IMG/VR virus record: IMGVR_UViG_3300023276_000007
Span: 42,766-106,765 of that record
Length of the DNA: 64,000 bases
Reading direction: 5' to 3' (one strand)
Source: a virus
The position numbers were made by a program, and so were the translations under genes. This document shows, piece by piece, positions 40,283 to 50,505 of the stretch. Within the stretch, counting starts at the first letter, position 1. Every line of letters begins with the position of its first letter. The notes beneath the pieces were generated by a model. The model was not told the origin of the DNA. It did no database searches and was given only the letters and a program-made list of their open reading frames with translations.

Positions 40283-40744
40283 ATGCCAGGACCAGTAGGA
40301 ATACCACCCAAGAGTGGGCCGATTCATAAAAGGATACATAGTTTGTATCAAGGCGATTATTTCTGCATGGACACTGACGCCTGCTTCCCTAATGGCGAGG
40401 TAGCTACCCCGGAAAACTCACGACTATTATTTACCGTCGTTGACGACAGATACTGCCAGGACGATGTTAATACTTTCTATACCGCAGAGTGGAACGATAA
40501 CATAACACAAATAGAAGACTCTGTTGGAGGTGTGAAAGTCTGTATACCTCAATCTGTTACTTGTCGGTTCCGTAGAGGTACCTTTAAGTACAGTCTAACA
40601 CTTTCAGATAAGCTGGGTCAGAATAGAAGAACCCTTGAAGACGGCAACCTTATCGTTGAGTACGCAGCAGACGCGCCACTACCTGACGCTAAATACAGGG
40701 AAGGTTTAAATACCCAGAATCACACCCTCGGAGAATTAAAATGA
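40283..40744 (+). CDS. BppU-N-like/Ig-like virion protein
   Basis: YQGD…F…VKVCIP…T…GTFKYSL…TLEDGNLIV pattern. Confidence 0.45.
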   Translation: MPGPVGIPPKSGPIHKRIHSLYQGDYFCMDTDACFPNGEVATPENSRLLFTVVDDRYCQDDVNTFYTAEWNDNITQIEDSVGGVKVCIPQSVTCRFRRGTFKYSLTLSDKLGQNRRTLEDGNLIVEYAADAPLPDAKYREGLNTQNHTLGELK

Positions 40745-41178
40745 ATGAACGAGATATAATAGCGATGCTGGGTCAGGTTAAAACCCCTACACCAACGCCG
40801 CGTAAGAAGAAAAAGAAACCTTTACTAGCCAACCCCTTTCCAGACTTTGGTAAATCAATAGTCACACAAGGTAAGGGCGACCCAACCACCTCAGGTCTTT
40901 TACGAGGGGCAGGTACTGGTGCTCTTGGTGCTGTGCTTGGTGCTCTTGGTGCTAAAACTATGGATGCCAGTAATAAGGACACAGCATTGGCTGCCCTACT
41001 TGCAGGCTTACTTACCGGTACTGCTGGGTATAGCTCTGGTAAACGTGAGCAAGAGAGTGACAACACTAGACTGTTGGCACTCAGGCGTTTAGGCATCGAA
41101 ACACCTGGCGAGCAGGAATTCTCTGAAGAGTATCCTTTACTCTCCACTAGAGTAACTACTAAAGGAGTTAGAATATAA
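40741..41178 (+). CDS. Glycine-zipper protein
   Basis: GAGTGALGAVLGALG and ALLAGLLTGTAG hydrophobic GxxxG helices. Confidence 0.55.
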   Translation: MNERDIIAMLGQVKTPTPTPRKKKKKPLLANPFPDFGKSIVTQGKGDPTTSGLLRGAGTGALGAVLGALGAKTMDASNKDTALAALLAGLLTGTAGYSSGKREQESDNTRLLALRRLGIETPGEQEFSEEYPLLSTRVTTKGVRI

Positions 41179-41789
41179 TGAAATCTGACTTACTTAAAAA
41201 ACTTTTAAGCGATGACATTAGGGCGATAGCTGGTCGAGGTGCCCTTGGTGCCGGAGCAGGTGCCTACCTAGGTCACGAAGTCACACCACAGCTATTTGGC
41301 TATGAAGATGACGAAGCAGCTAAGAATATGAGTACACTACTTGATGCAGCTCTTTATGGAACACTTGGAGGCCTCGGCCCTAAAGGTGTTGGTAAACTTA
41401 TGAAGAAAAGCCCAGTAGGGTTCGCCGGCTCAGTAGCTGGTGGTGAGCTGTTACCCGTAGGTATGCACGGGGCGCAAGAAGGTATCAAAGCCATGGGTGC
41501 CGGGACTCGTGCAATGGACGAATTTAACCCACCAACTGCTTCTGAGCAGATGGCTTCTATACTAGGCTCACCAGAGTCTAGAGGTGCTATGGGTGGCGCA
41601 GCGGTCGCCGGTATAGGTTCCCTACTATCAGGTTTACTCAGATCTAAGTCTGAGAAAGAAAGGCAGGAAGATAAGTCTCGTGGCGGAATGGTCACAAACG
41701 ACTTCCTGAAGTATTTACTACCAGCAATGGTCGCTGGTGGTGTATTAGGTAATGTAGCCAAAGGCGATCAGCCGCCGAAGCAAGTCTAA
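41178..41789 (+). CDS. Glycine-zipper protein
   Basis: GALGAGAGAYLG, GAMGGAAVAGIGSLLSG, AMVAGGVLG. Confidence 0.55.
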   Translation: MKSDLLKKLLSDDIRAIAGRGALGAGAGAYLGHEVTPQLFGYEDDEAAKNMSTLLDAALYGTLGGLGPKGVGKLMKKSPVGFAGSVAGGELLPVGMHGAQEGIKAMGAGTRAMDEFNPPTASEQMASILGSPESRGAMGGAAVAGIGSLLSGLLRSKSEKERQEDKSRGGMVTNDFLKYLLPAMVAGGVLGNVAKGDQPPKQV

Positions 41790-41800
41790 GGAGAAAACAA

Positions 41801-42847
41801 ATGGACGTCATCAACGACAATTCAAAACGGGGCTGGATCAAAGTGGCAAATTCCCACCAGGTACCAGCTTATGTAAGTGATCACACACCTCTAACTAAGG
41901 AAGCAGCAGCATCTGTATCTGACGAGTTATTCGCAGACGACGCTAAGAGACTGTTCCCTATAAACTCAAAAGCCGACGTATGGCTGTCAGCAGCTTACTT
42001 TAAAGAAGCTTCTGCCACTTATGGTTCCGCTATGGGTGATTATGTTAAAGATCGTATCGAGAAAGCAGCTTCTGTGTACGGAATATCTGCCGACGTAGAA
42101 GAAGCCTTCAACGCAGCACAAGTTAAAACTGCATCTGCTACAGATGATCCGACCAACTACTGTTTGGTAGACGGAGCAGGTACACGTAGCTACCCTGTAT
42201 TTGACAAAGAAGGCGCAGCTAAAGCTATGCGTTACTTTGAAGAGCATAGACTCGGGTACCCTCTTGATACTCGTATTAAGCTTGCAAGAAACATTCTTAA
42301 GAAAGCTTGTGACTATTCACTGGACCCTTCTGAAATCCTTATGAAAGAAGCAGGCTTTGCTGTTCCTAATAGAGCTCAGCTCATGGAAGAGATCCTGGAA
42401 AGAGCCAAGACGAGTAGTGACCCAGAGATTTCTGTTAAGTTTGCAGAGATCAATGAAGTTATCGCTAATTCTTCTAATGAAGAGTTCATAGGCAGCCTTG
42501 ACAAGATAGCCGAGGTTATTGACGCTCTTGACGGGTTCAATGGTATGCGCAACCAGTATGATGTTAAACTATTGTCTCCGCAAGAAATAATTTATTCTAT
42601 GTCAGTCAAAGAAGCCAGTGCTATTCTAGAGAGCTCTCTTGTGCTTAATAGGCATACGTTTAAGCTTGATAAGATGGCGGAACTTAACCCCGACACATTC
42701 AACGTTTTGGGTGATAACTTTTCTGATGAACTTTCTACAGATGGCAAGCTGGACATTAAAAAGATGGCAGCTATACTACCAACGCTCCCAACTCCCGACA
42801 AGCGTTTGCTTGAAGAGGAAATTGAAGCGAGCTTTGGAGTTATCTAA
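41801..42847 (+). CDS. KxA-rich putative internal head protein with two DUF6582-like domains
   Basis: Two (F/Y)P(I/V)…A..YF…(R/N)I.K.A..Y units; 13 of 26 Lys are followed by Ala at +2. Confidence 0.55.
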   Translation: MDVINDNSKRGWIKVANSHQVPAYVSDHTPLTKEAAASVSDELFADDAKRLFPINSKADVWLSAAYFKEASATYGSAMGDYVKDRIEKAASVYGISADVEEAFNAAQVKTASATDDPTNYCLVDGAGTRSYPVFDKEGAAKAMRYFEEHRLGYPLDTRIKLARNILKKACDYSLDPSEILMKEAGFAVPNRAQLMEEILERAKTSSDPEISVKFAEINEVIANSSNEEFIGSLDKIAEVIDALDGFNGMRNQYDVKLLSPQEIIYSMSVKEASAILESSLVLNRHTFKLDKMAELNPDTFNVLGDNFSDELSTDGKLDIKKMAAILPTLPTPDKRLLEEEIEASFGVI

Positions 42848-43503
42848 TGTCAACTCACCGAGAAAGATTCTTGGTAAAAGAAGCCTTAGAGTCGCCAGAA
42901 ACCCTGGCGGCTGTTCTTTACTTTATTGTTAAAGACACCTTTGGTGACGATGCCTTCTTCTGGGACCCTACCACATTATTCCTCGAACTTAAAGACGAGT
43001 TTGGAGCTACACCAGCTTCAGAAGTAATGGATAGGCTATCTGCCGTGCAGGTATTAGTCACAGGAGACGTATTCTTTGAAGACCCTAGTGCATTTATTAA
43101 CATGGTTAATACTTTCGCCGATGGAAGCCCTTCCTTCTCGGTATTCAACCCAGCAGAGGTTGAGGAAATAGCATGGACTGCAGTAGAGGTTGCTATCATT
43201 AGAGACTTACTACCATTCAGCTATAACATTAAGCAATACGTAAAGAAGATGTTGCACATAGACGGCTACGGCGACGACTACCCAGAATTGTTTGATGAAA
43301 TCCTAGGAGCGGCTCCTGATAGAGCTGACGTGATTGACGAGGCTCAAGAGATAGTGCACGAAGATCAAAGAGGCATTATAGAAGACTTTGTTAACGATAA
43401 CCTAAAGATTCTTTTACACCAAGCTAATAAGCTACCTAAAGTATCTGAGGATCTATGGGCTTCGATGCGTAGCCAAGAGCAGGAGGGAGTAACACTAGTA
43501 TGA
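42847..43503 (+). CDS. Hypothetical acidic protein
   Basis: TAATG-coupled 218-aa ORF. Confidence 0.55.
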   Translation: MSTHRERFLVKEALESPETLAAVLYFIVKDTFGDDAFFWDPTTLFLELKDEFGATPASEVMDRLSAVQVLVTGDVFFEDPSAFINMVNTFADGSPSFSVFNPAEVEEIAWTAVEVAIIRDLLPFSYNIKQYVKKMLHIDGYGDDYPELFDEILGAAPDRADVIDEAQEIVHEDQRGIIEDFVNDNLKILLHQANKLPKVSEDLWASMRSQEQEGVTLV

Positions 43504-44528
43504 AGCTCTCAAAGTTAAAAGGTATGTTAGGGTTAGGCGCTGCAGCAGCTGGCGGTGGCGCTATCTATGGCGGTAGTGAGTATAAACCTGGCGACGACGT
43601 AAAAGTACATGGCAACTGGGACGACATAATAACAGAAGACACCCCGAAGCTTACCAACTGGGGTATGTGGCAAAATAAGCGACGATTAAATAAGATACAT
43701 GAAAGACTTGCGTCAGGTGACCCTAAGGATGTAGACGTATTAGTCGATACCGGCCTACACAGGGTTAAAGCCCCTAAGGAAGATATAAACCTTAAAGCTT
43801 TGAAATACTTAAATTTTACACCCTCTCTTATAGCAGTGCCAGAACGTGGTCAAGACAAGATGATGACCTTTAGGCAGTATGGTACTAACCTGCATATGCA
43901 CCAACACCCTAAGAATAGGTTCTTCCATAAAGATAGATGGCCTTCTTTAATGATGGCGTGGAACCAGACAGAAGGAAGACCCCGAGAACAAAGGTTAGCG
44001 GCGATAAAGGATTCCATGAAGCATATAACCTTGGAAGGTATTCCAGGGTTTGCGAAATACTTTAAGAATGTAGCAGATGACGCACCTACCTTTGAGGAGC
44101 TAGTTAAGAACAGTGCCGACAGTACAGCATGGCTAAACTTTACTCCGAGAGAAGGTAACTCCATGGTGCCAATGCGCTTCGAAAAGCAAGCCGGAGGGTA
44201 CAGTCCTTTAGTTGCTGAGGTTGTAGAGACTGACCATAATGCTATACTAGGTTTAAGTAATATAGATTTTATCCCCGAAGATTACGGGATGCTTTTTAAG
44301 CAAGCCAATGGGTTTTGGATGCCTGAAGTTAAATTTGATCTTGACGTTATCTATATGGATAAGGTCGGACAGATTCAGGAAGTTCAAAGAATGGTAAAAG
44401 TAGACGGCGGTATACCACCTGTGTATCGACCAGAAAAGACGGCAGCAGTAGCTTTGGAGACCCGACCAGGCTGGTGTGAGCGGAATAATATTAAGGTAGG
44501 CGATAAGCTTGCCGTAAATGGAGACTAA
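43500..44528 (+). CDS. Protein with C-terminal DUF192 domain
   Basis: AEVVET…GLS…GMLF…FWM…FDLDVIYMD…ALE…GW…NIKVGD; N-terminal Gly/Ala-rich helix. Confidence 0.7.
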   Translation: MKLSKLKGMLGLGAAAAGGGAIYGGSEYKPGDDVKVHGNWDDIITEDTPKLTNWGMWQNKRRLNKIHERLASGDPKDVDVLVDTGLHRVKAPKEDINLKALKYLNFTPSLIAVPERGQDKMMTFRQYGTNLHMHQHPKNRFFHKDRWPSLMMAWNQTEGRPREQRLAAIKDSMKHITLEGIPGFAKYFKNVADDAPTFEELVKNSADSTAWLNFTPREGNSMVPMRFEKQAGGYSPLVAEVVETDHNAILGLSNIDFIPEDYGMLFKQANGFWMPEVKFDLDVIYMDKVGQIQEVQRMVKVDGGIPPVYRPEKTAAVALETRPGWCERNNIKVGDKLAVNGD

Positions 44529-44530
44529 CT

Positions 44531-44920
44531 ATGTCCTATGTAATAACAGGTGTTAAAAGAAAGGCTGACTATAAAGGTACCGGATCAAACAGCGGTAACC
44601 GTCGGCAACAATTAAAGTCAAGAGCCGCGAGTGTGGACGAAATTGACAATTATGGTAACGGAGCAGTAGCAGTGTCTACTTATGCACCAGTTACTAAGAG
44701 TTTAGTAGACGAGGCAGGCGGTGGCGTTATATATGTTGGACAAGCAGCTCCTGGAAGTTTATTGGCAGACCCCGTGTGGCGTATTAAGAAGCTTACTACT
44801 GTAGGTACTGTGACAACCACTGAGTGGGCTGTCGTAGTTGCTGGAGACGCAGATGCTGGTGATCAGCTAGCTGGGTTCCATCACATTTGGGATGGCAGAG
44901 CAGGGCTAACCTACCTATAA
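44531..44920 (+). CDS. Hypothetical virion protein
   Basis: YVGQAAPGS…VWRIKK…WA…F..IWDGR..LTY motif, common in phage structural regions. Confidence 0.5.
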   Translation: MSYVITGVKRKADYKGTGSNSGNRRQQLKSRAASVDEIDNYGNGAVAVSTYAPVTKSLVDEAGGGVIYVGQAAPGSLLADPVWRIKKLTTVGTVTTTEWAVVVAGDADAGDQLAGFHHIWDGRAGLTYL

Positions 44921-44932
44921 AAGGAGGCTATC

Positions 44933-45208
44933 ATGCCCGTAATATTTGATAGAGCTCAGTGTCGCCCGAGATTCATCTCAGATAATGCACTTGCTAATGG
45001 GGGTTATTACTTCGACGTAATAAACTCCCAAGATGGCTTTATACCACAAGATGCCATTTCTAAGACTTTATACCTAGACCCGCTAACCGGACTACTAACG
45101 TATAAAACAGCAGGCGCAGTAGGACCGGCACCTCAAGATTTCCTTTTTGCAGACGGTACTCCGTTCCTCTTTGCAGATGGAAGCCAATTCGAATTTTCAG
45201 GAATTTAA
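44933..45208 (+). CDS. Small hypothetical virion protein
   Basis: AGGAGG SD; C-terminal FLFADG x2. Confidence 0.55.
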   Translation: MPVIFDRAQCRPRFISDNALANGGYYFDVINSQDGFIPQDAISKTLYLDPLTGLLTYKTAGAVGPAPQDFLFADGTPFLFADGSQFEFSGI

Positions 45209-45232
45209 CATTTATAATACAGGATTTTTATT

Positions 45233-46402
45233 ATGGGAACACTAGAAGGAAGAGGCGCTTACCCAGCCCTATTGACGTTAGACGACATTATCTACGTTGA
45301 TAAGTTTGGTGGCGCAGTCACAGAAGACGGTTACATAACCCTTACACAACTACAAGCACTTTTAGATGCAACTCTGAAATCAGACACATCCTTAACAGGT
45401 AACGGTTACTTTAAAAACGATAGTTCGTTTGCAACCCCTGACGCATCGAAAGTACCGTCAGAACTTGCCGTAAAGGTTTATGTTGATGCAAACATAGCGG
45501 GAGTACCTGCCAAAGAGAACGCTCACGTAGCCACAGATACCTACTTAGACAATGTAGGTGTAGGCACTTGGACAAAAGCAGGAACTAAGGCTACAAAGAC
45601 TTTAACAGCCGGAAGCGTAGGTATACTCACTATAGATGGAATTGCTACAGTGTTAGGTGACAGAATTTACATCAAAAACGAAGATGGCTCGTCAACGAAC
45701 TTAACTGACGTTGACCAAGGTATGTATGATGTTACTACAGAAGGTACAGCCGGTGTAGCTGCTATTTTAACTAGGTCGGAGGACTTTAACGGAGATCCCG
45801 CCTCAGAAGTTAAAAATGGCGTATACGCTTATGTGACGTTAGGTACGCTTAATAGTAATTCAGGCTGGAGAGTATTAGCCGTAGGAACCGTCGATGTCGA
45901 TGTCGATCCTATGGTGATCACACAATTCCAGGGACTTCCTGGAAACCATGCCGCTTCTCATACTAACGGTACTGATGATATTCAAGATGCTACACTTGCT
46001 CAGAAAGGCTTAATGACAATAGCTCAAGCAACTAAGCTAGACACAGTTGAGCAGCGAGCCAATCACACAGGCACACAGCTAATGTCTACAGTTAGTGATG
46101 CAGGAGCTTTGGCTACACTAGATCAAGTAGATACTCCTGAGATAGTAGATCTAGCAGTAACAACCGCAAAGCTAGCGGATCTATCAGTAACCACACCAAA
46201 GATAGTTGATGATGCAGTCACTCCTGAAAAGAACTCTCAGTTCTCTGCTAACGGCGAGGAAGGGTCAACTCAGGCAATGGTCCCGTTTACAGCAGCTCCG
46301 ATTGTCCCTGTAGAGGGTACCTTTTGGTTCAGCGTGATCGGTGGGCTAACGTATATAAACTACCATATAAGTGGTGTAACAAAATCAGTGGAACTTAGCT
46401 AA
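45233..46402 (+). CDS. Fibre/decoration-like virion protein
   Basis: AVKVYVD, IDG…GDRIYIKN, RANHTGTQ and AVTTAKLAD-type repeats. Confidence 0.55.
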   Translation: MGTLEGRGAYPALLTLDDIIYVDKFGGAVTEDGYITLTQLQALLDATLKSDTSLTGNGYFKNDSSFATPDASKVPSELAVKVYVDANIAGVPAKENAHVATDTYLDNVGVGTWTKAGTKATKTLTAGSVGILTIDGIATVLGDRIYIKNEDGSSTNLTDVDQGMYDVTTEGTAGVAAILTRSEDFNGDPASEVKNGVYAYVTLGTLNSNSGWRVLAVGTVDVDVDPMVITQFQGLPGNHAASHTNGTDDIQDATLAQKGLMTIAQATKLDTVEQRANHTGTQLMSTVSDAGALATLDQVDTPEIVDLAVTTAKLADLSVTTPKIVDDAVTPEKNSQFSANGEEGSTQAMVPFTAAPIVPVEGTFWFSVIGGLTYINYHISGVTKSVELS

Positions 46403-47886
46403 TGCCTAACCTGCTAACAGTACCTCCTGGCTACCAACGTACGGTAGACCAGCTCTGGACGCCTCAGGCTATCCAGACAACATGGTGGCTTGATGCTGCA
46501 GATCCTAATACGATTATAGACTCAGGAGGAGCAGTCAGCCAATGGAATGATAAAAGCATCAAGCAAATTGATCTAACTCAAGGTACGGCATCAAAGCAGC
46601 CGACTACAGATGCTCGAACATTAGGCGGGTTAAATGTACTTGAGTTTGACGGTACAGACGTTTTCCAAACCAATCAATCAAAGCATGGGACAAGTTACTT
46701 AGTCGCCATAATGCTAGATTACGACTCGGGTAGTTCGGTTCTATCGGAGAGTAGTAGTGGTGGTAGTCAATCATTTACTATCGGTGACGCTGGAGTAACA
46801 TTGCAAGCAGACTCTAATATAGTATATAGTGGAGGATCTCTTAGCGGCCCTACACTATTGGTACTGAAAATCGACAGAGTGTTGAATGTAGCAACTATAT
46901 ATAGAAATGGAATTAGTGAAGGAACGTCCGCCCTTACTGCAGATGTCGGAGGTGGGGTAGCGGTTAGGATAGGGTCTAACTTTGTCGGTGGTATATCTTA
47001 TGATGGAGGATTGGGCGAGGTAGTATATTCTGATAATATAACAGATACAACGAGACAGCTACTAGAAGGGTACTTAGCTTGGAAATGGGGAACAACCCTT
47101 CCAGTAGGACATCCTTATGAATTTGCAAGACCTACAATGAATCCTATATGGACTCCGCATCACGTAGAGAAGTTAGGATGGTATGACCCTTCGGATATAT
47201 CTACTATTACAGATACAGCAGGTGCGGTGTCTCAGATAGACGATAAATCAGGTACTGAACATTTAGTTCAAGCGGTAGGTTCAAAGCAACCAACTACAGG
47301 TACTCGTACTATAAACGGTTTAAATGTATTAGACCACGATGGTGATGACTTCCTGGAGAAATTGTCTTTCACGCTACCTTCGAGTGGTGACGTTGCATTC
47401 TTTATGGTATGTGAAATAGATTCTGTAGATAATACTTTCGATTCCATATTCTCAGTGAATGGGACAACAGATTTCCAACTTGAAGCTCGTAGCCCTTCTC
47501 AGTTTTTAGGAGCACTGAAATCGACAGGACTAGGCGGTGGTATTATAAACTTTGTAGATGGTCCGTATGATGGCGCTGGCACAATTATAATGTGTGCGAT
47601 ATTCGATAAGACTAATAGTTTACGGTATGTGTTTTCTAATGGAGCAGAGCAAGGAAGTGACGTATATACTACTAAACTATCACCCACTACAATACTAAGC
47701 GCATTTACAAACCGTGCGGCTGACGCAAGTCCTAACGGTGCGATGGGCGAGTTTATTATCACTTCTAATGTTAGTGCTTATTCAAGACAAAAGATCGAAG
47801 GCTACTTAGCTTGGAAGTGGGGATCAGTAGAGTCCTTGCCAGTAGATCATCCCTATAAAACTGATGGGTCGCTTTTTGGCTATTAA
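46402..47886 (+). CDS. LamG/concanavalin-like protein, 2 modules
   Basis: Modules bounded by W.DA.D..TI…VSQ..DKS and EGYLAWKWG…LP..HPY. Confidence 0.7.
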   Translation: MPNLLTVPPGYQRTVDQLWTPQAIQTTWWLDAADPNTIIDSGGAVSQWNDKSIKQIDLTQGTASKQPTTDARTLGGLNVLEFDGTDVFQTNQSKHGTSYLVAIMLDYDSGSSVLSESSSGGSQSFTIGDAGVTLQADSNIVYSGGSLSGPTLLVLKIDRVLNVATIYRNGISEGTSALTADVGGGVAVRIGSNFVGGISYDGGLGEVVYSDNITDTTRQLLEGYLAWKWGTTLPVGHPYEFARPTMNPIWTPHHVEKLGWYDPSDISTITDTAGAVSQIDDKSGTEHLVQAVGSKQPTTGTRTINGLNVLDHDGDDFLEKLSFTLPSSGDVAFFMVCEIDSVDNTFDSIFSVNGTTDFQLEARSPSQFLGALKSTGLGGGIINFVDGPYDGAGTIIMCAIFDKTNSLRYVFSNGAEQGSDVYTTKLSPTTILSAFTNRAADASPNGAMGEFIITSNVSAYSRQKIEGYLAWKWGSVESLPVDHPYKTDGSLFGY

Positions 47887-47903
47887 CGATAACGGAGTAA
47901 CAA

Positions 47904-50093
47904 ATGAATAAAATGACAGTAAGTCCGTTTTGGACTCCTGAGTATATAGATACAGAGTTATGGCTTGATGCATCTGATACAGATACTATCACAGAAGCTG
48001 CCGGAGCTGTTAGTCAATGGAATGATAAAAGCGGAAATGATTGTCATGCAGTTCAAGCTTCTAGCATAAGTCAACCAATAACCAACTCACGCACATTAAA
48101 CGGTTTAAACGTCCTCGACTTTGATGGTAGCAATGATGATATGTCTATGGTAGCGGGGCCACAGCCTGATTCCGCACAGACAATCATGATAGCAGTAGTA
48201 GACTTGGATTCGCCATTGAAAGCAGAAGGACAACGATTGCTTAACTTCCAAGTAGGCGCGAGTTCACGGTGGTCGTTACGTCTTGAAGATGAGCTTCTTG
48301 CTCAGTATACCAACGCAGCTTCTTTTACTGGCCCCGAAATAGCCATAACATCAGGAGCAAGACTAATATCTGGCTATCGAGATGGTACGACAGTTGGGGT
48401 GAGTGTTAATGGCGGTGTGCCTGTTACAGATACAAGTGGAGGAAATGCTACAGTAGATACATGGAAGGTGGGTTCGTATGATTCAGCGAATGATTTCCTA
48501 GATGGAGGATTTGCCGAAGTTGTTGTTTTGAAATCATACACCTTAGAGACTCTCCAAAAACTAGAAGGTTACCTCGCTTGGAAGTGGGGAATACAAACTT
48601 CTTTACCACTAGATCACCCTTATCGTTTTAACGGAACACTATTTGGGTATGCTCTTACATATTGGACTCCTGCCGATATAACTACAGAAGCTTGGTATGA
48701 TGCAGTTGATTCAAGCACCATCACAGAATCAGGCGGAGAAGTTAGTCAGTGGGATGATAAAAGTGGTAATGGGAATCACATGGAACAAGGAACGGGATCT
48801 AAGCAACCTTTAACCAACTCGACAAACATAAACGGACTGAATACCATATCCTTCGACAAGACATCCTCTCAGTTAATGGAAACATCAAGCAACCCTTTCG
48901 GTGGAAGCGTTGTTGATGCTCATGTGTTTCAAGTTTTCAAAACAGCTTCTACCTTAGTAACTGGTACAAACTTTAGTTTAACAGGTAGTAGCAACGGTGG
49001 TAACAAATGGCAGGCTCTTGTTTGGGATGATACTAATTGTTACTTTGATACCGGTGGAATTAGTCCACCAAACCGACTCCAAACCAATAGTTGGGCTACA
49101 ACCAGTGAAGAAATTATGGGGTCTTTTTACGGTTCAGATACCGAAGAGGTGCAGGAAATCTGGAAGAATGGTACTCTCTCTGCGAGTGATGCCACAGGCC
49201 ACACAGTTAGTACAGTAGGTAACATGCAGATAGCTGTTCAAGGTACGATTAATCATCAAACATTTGAACTTGCTGAAATGGTTGTTGTCAATGGGACCAT
49301 GACTACTTCAGATAGGCAGAAGATGGAAGGATACCTCGCTTGGAAGTGGGGACTAGTTACCAAACTTCCTTCAGACCACCCTTACCGATTTGATGGAACA
49401 CTATTCGGATATGAGAAGTTTTGGTCACCGGAAGAGATAGTCACAGAAGCTTGGTACGACGCTTCTGATGCAAGCACCATTACAGAAGCAGGTGGATCTG
49501 TTAGTCAGATTGATGACAAGAGTGGAAATAATGTGCATGCTGTCCAAGCAGTTGGTGGAGATCAACCGTTGATAGTTGCGGGTGCTATGAATGGATTAGA
49601 TGCCCTTCATTTTGTAGGGAGAAATAATCACATGGATGGTAATAGCCTTATCGATTTTGACTGGGTTATAACTGTTATCCATTATCTCGCTACCCCTGCT
49701 TTTAGTCAAGCGTTAGGTAGCCAAACTCTCCCTAGGGTGGGATACACCATCCAGTACAGAGGAGATATCAACATTGATAGATGGAACTCTAGCCTGTACA
49801 CAAATGGTAACCCACTAAGCACTGTCGGAGCTACCCCGATAACCGTCGGTCCGACTATAGTTGGACGAGACTTACAAGGCTTGTCTAACTTCGCCCTACA
49901 ACTAGGTGGAGATCGTGGACTTCCCAATCGAGGCTGGGATGGATACATAGGTGAGGTTATCTACGGTAATCAGACTCTCGATACAGCCACAAGACAACTA
50001 CTAGAAGGTTACCTTGCATGGAAGTGGGGAACACAAACTTCCCTACCAGTAGGTCATCCTTACAAAACTGATGGAAGTCTCTTCGGTTATTAA
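47904..50093 (+). CDS. LamG/concanavalin-like protein, 3 modules
   Basis: Same module three times; ends HPYKTDGSLFGY, identical to the upstream gene. Confidence 0.7.
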   Translation: MNKMTVSPFWTPEYIDTELWLDASDTDTITEAAGAVSQWNDKSGNDCHAVQASSISQPITNSRTLNGLNVLDFDGSNDDMSMVAGPQPDSAQTIMIAVVDLDSPLKAEGQRLLNFQVGASSRWSLRLEDELLAQYTNAASFTGPEIAITSGARLISGYRDGTTVGVSVNGGVPVTDTSGGNATVDTWKVGSYDSANDFLDGGFAEVVVLKSYTLETLQKLEGYLAWKWGIQTSLPLDHPYRFNGTLFGYALTYWTPADITTEAWYDAVDSSTITESGGEVSQWDDKSGNGNHMEQGTGSKQPLTNSTNINGLNTISFDKTSSQLMETSSNPFGGSVVDAHVFQVFKTASTLVTGTNFSLTGSSNGGNKWQALVWDDTNCYFDTGGISPPNRLQTNSWATTSEEIMGSFYGSDTEEVQEIWKNGTLSASDATGHTVSTVGNMQIAVQGTINHQTFELAEMVVVNGTMTTSDRQKMEGYLAWKWGLVTKLPSDHPYRFDGTLFGYEKFWSPEEIVTEAWYDASDASTITEAGGSVSQIDDKSGNNVHAVQAVGGDQPLIVAGAMNGLDALHFVGRNNHMDGNSLIDFDWVITVIHYLATPAFSQALGSQTLPRVGYTIQYRGDINIDRWNSSLYTNGNPLSTVGATPITVGPTIVGRDLQGLSNFALQLGGDRGLPNRGWDGYIGEVIYGNQTLDTATRQLLEGYLAWKWGTQTSLPVGHPYKTDGSLFGY

Positions 50094-50119
50094 TTAAAAC
50101 TAAAACTAGGAATAATAAA

Positions 50120-50434
50120 ATGGAATACTACATATTCGCAACAGAAGCAGGCGCAGTCGCTTGTTTGAACTATATTAACTCAACACCTTGGTTCCCATTA
50201 GCGGGACAGGTGAAAGGGCAGCCTGCGCCAGAAGCTAACCAGAAGACTACTAAATGGGCAGATGCTCCACAGGAAATGGTTTCGGGAGAATGGGCAGTAC
50301 CTAGAATTCCCGAATCAAGGTTAAACTACCTAGAGGTCCCACAAGCAGACAGAGATAACTTCATAGCTGCGTTCGGTCAAGATATCCGCCAGCTGACTTC
50401 AGCAGATTTTCCCGTCATAGAGGAGGAGCTATAG
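50120..50434 (+). CDS. Small acidic protein, possible fibre assembly chaperone
   Basis: Follows the fibre genes; good SD. Confidence 0.45.
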   Translation: MEYYIFATEAGAVACLNYINSTPWFPLAGQVKGQPAPEANQKTTKWADAPQEMVSGEWAVPRIPESRLNYLEVPQADRDNFIAAFGQDIRQLTSADFPVIEEEL

Positions 50435-50505
50435 GGTTGGACTAACCAGCAGAAACCTGTATGTTATGACCTGACCTGCGAAATAAAATTAAATGGTGAT
50501 TAATA

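Noticed and set aside
28263-50093. Diversity-generating retroelement or shufflon acting on the variable tip/LamG modules
   Set aside because: No reverse transcriptase or invertase in the window, no near-identical TR/VR pair with adenine-specific differences, and all modules are co-oriented.
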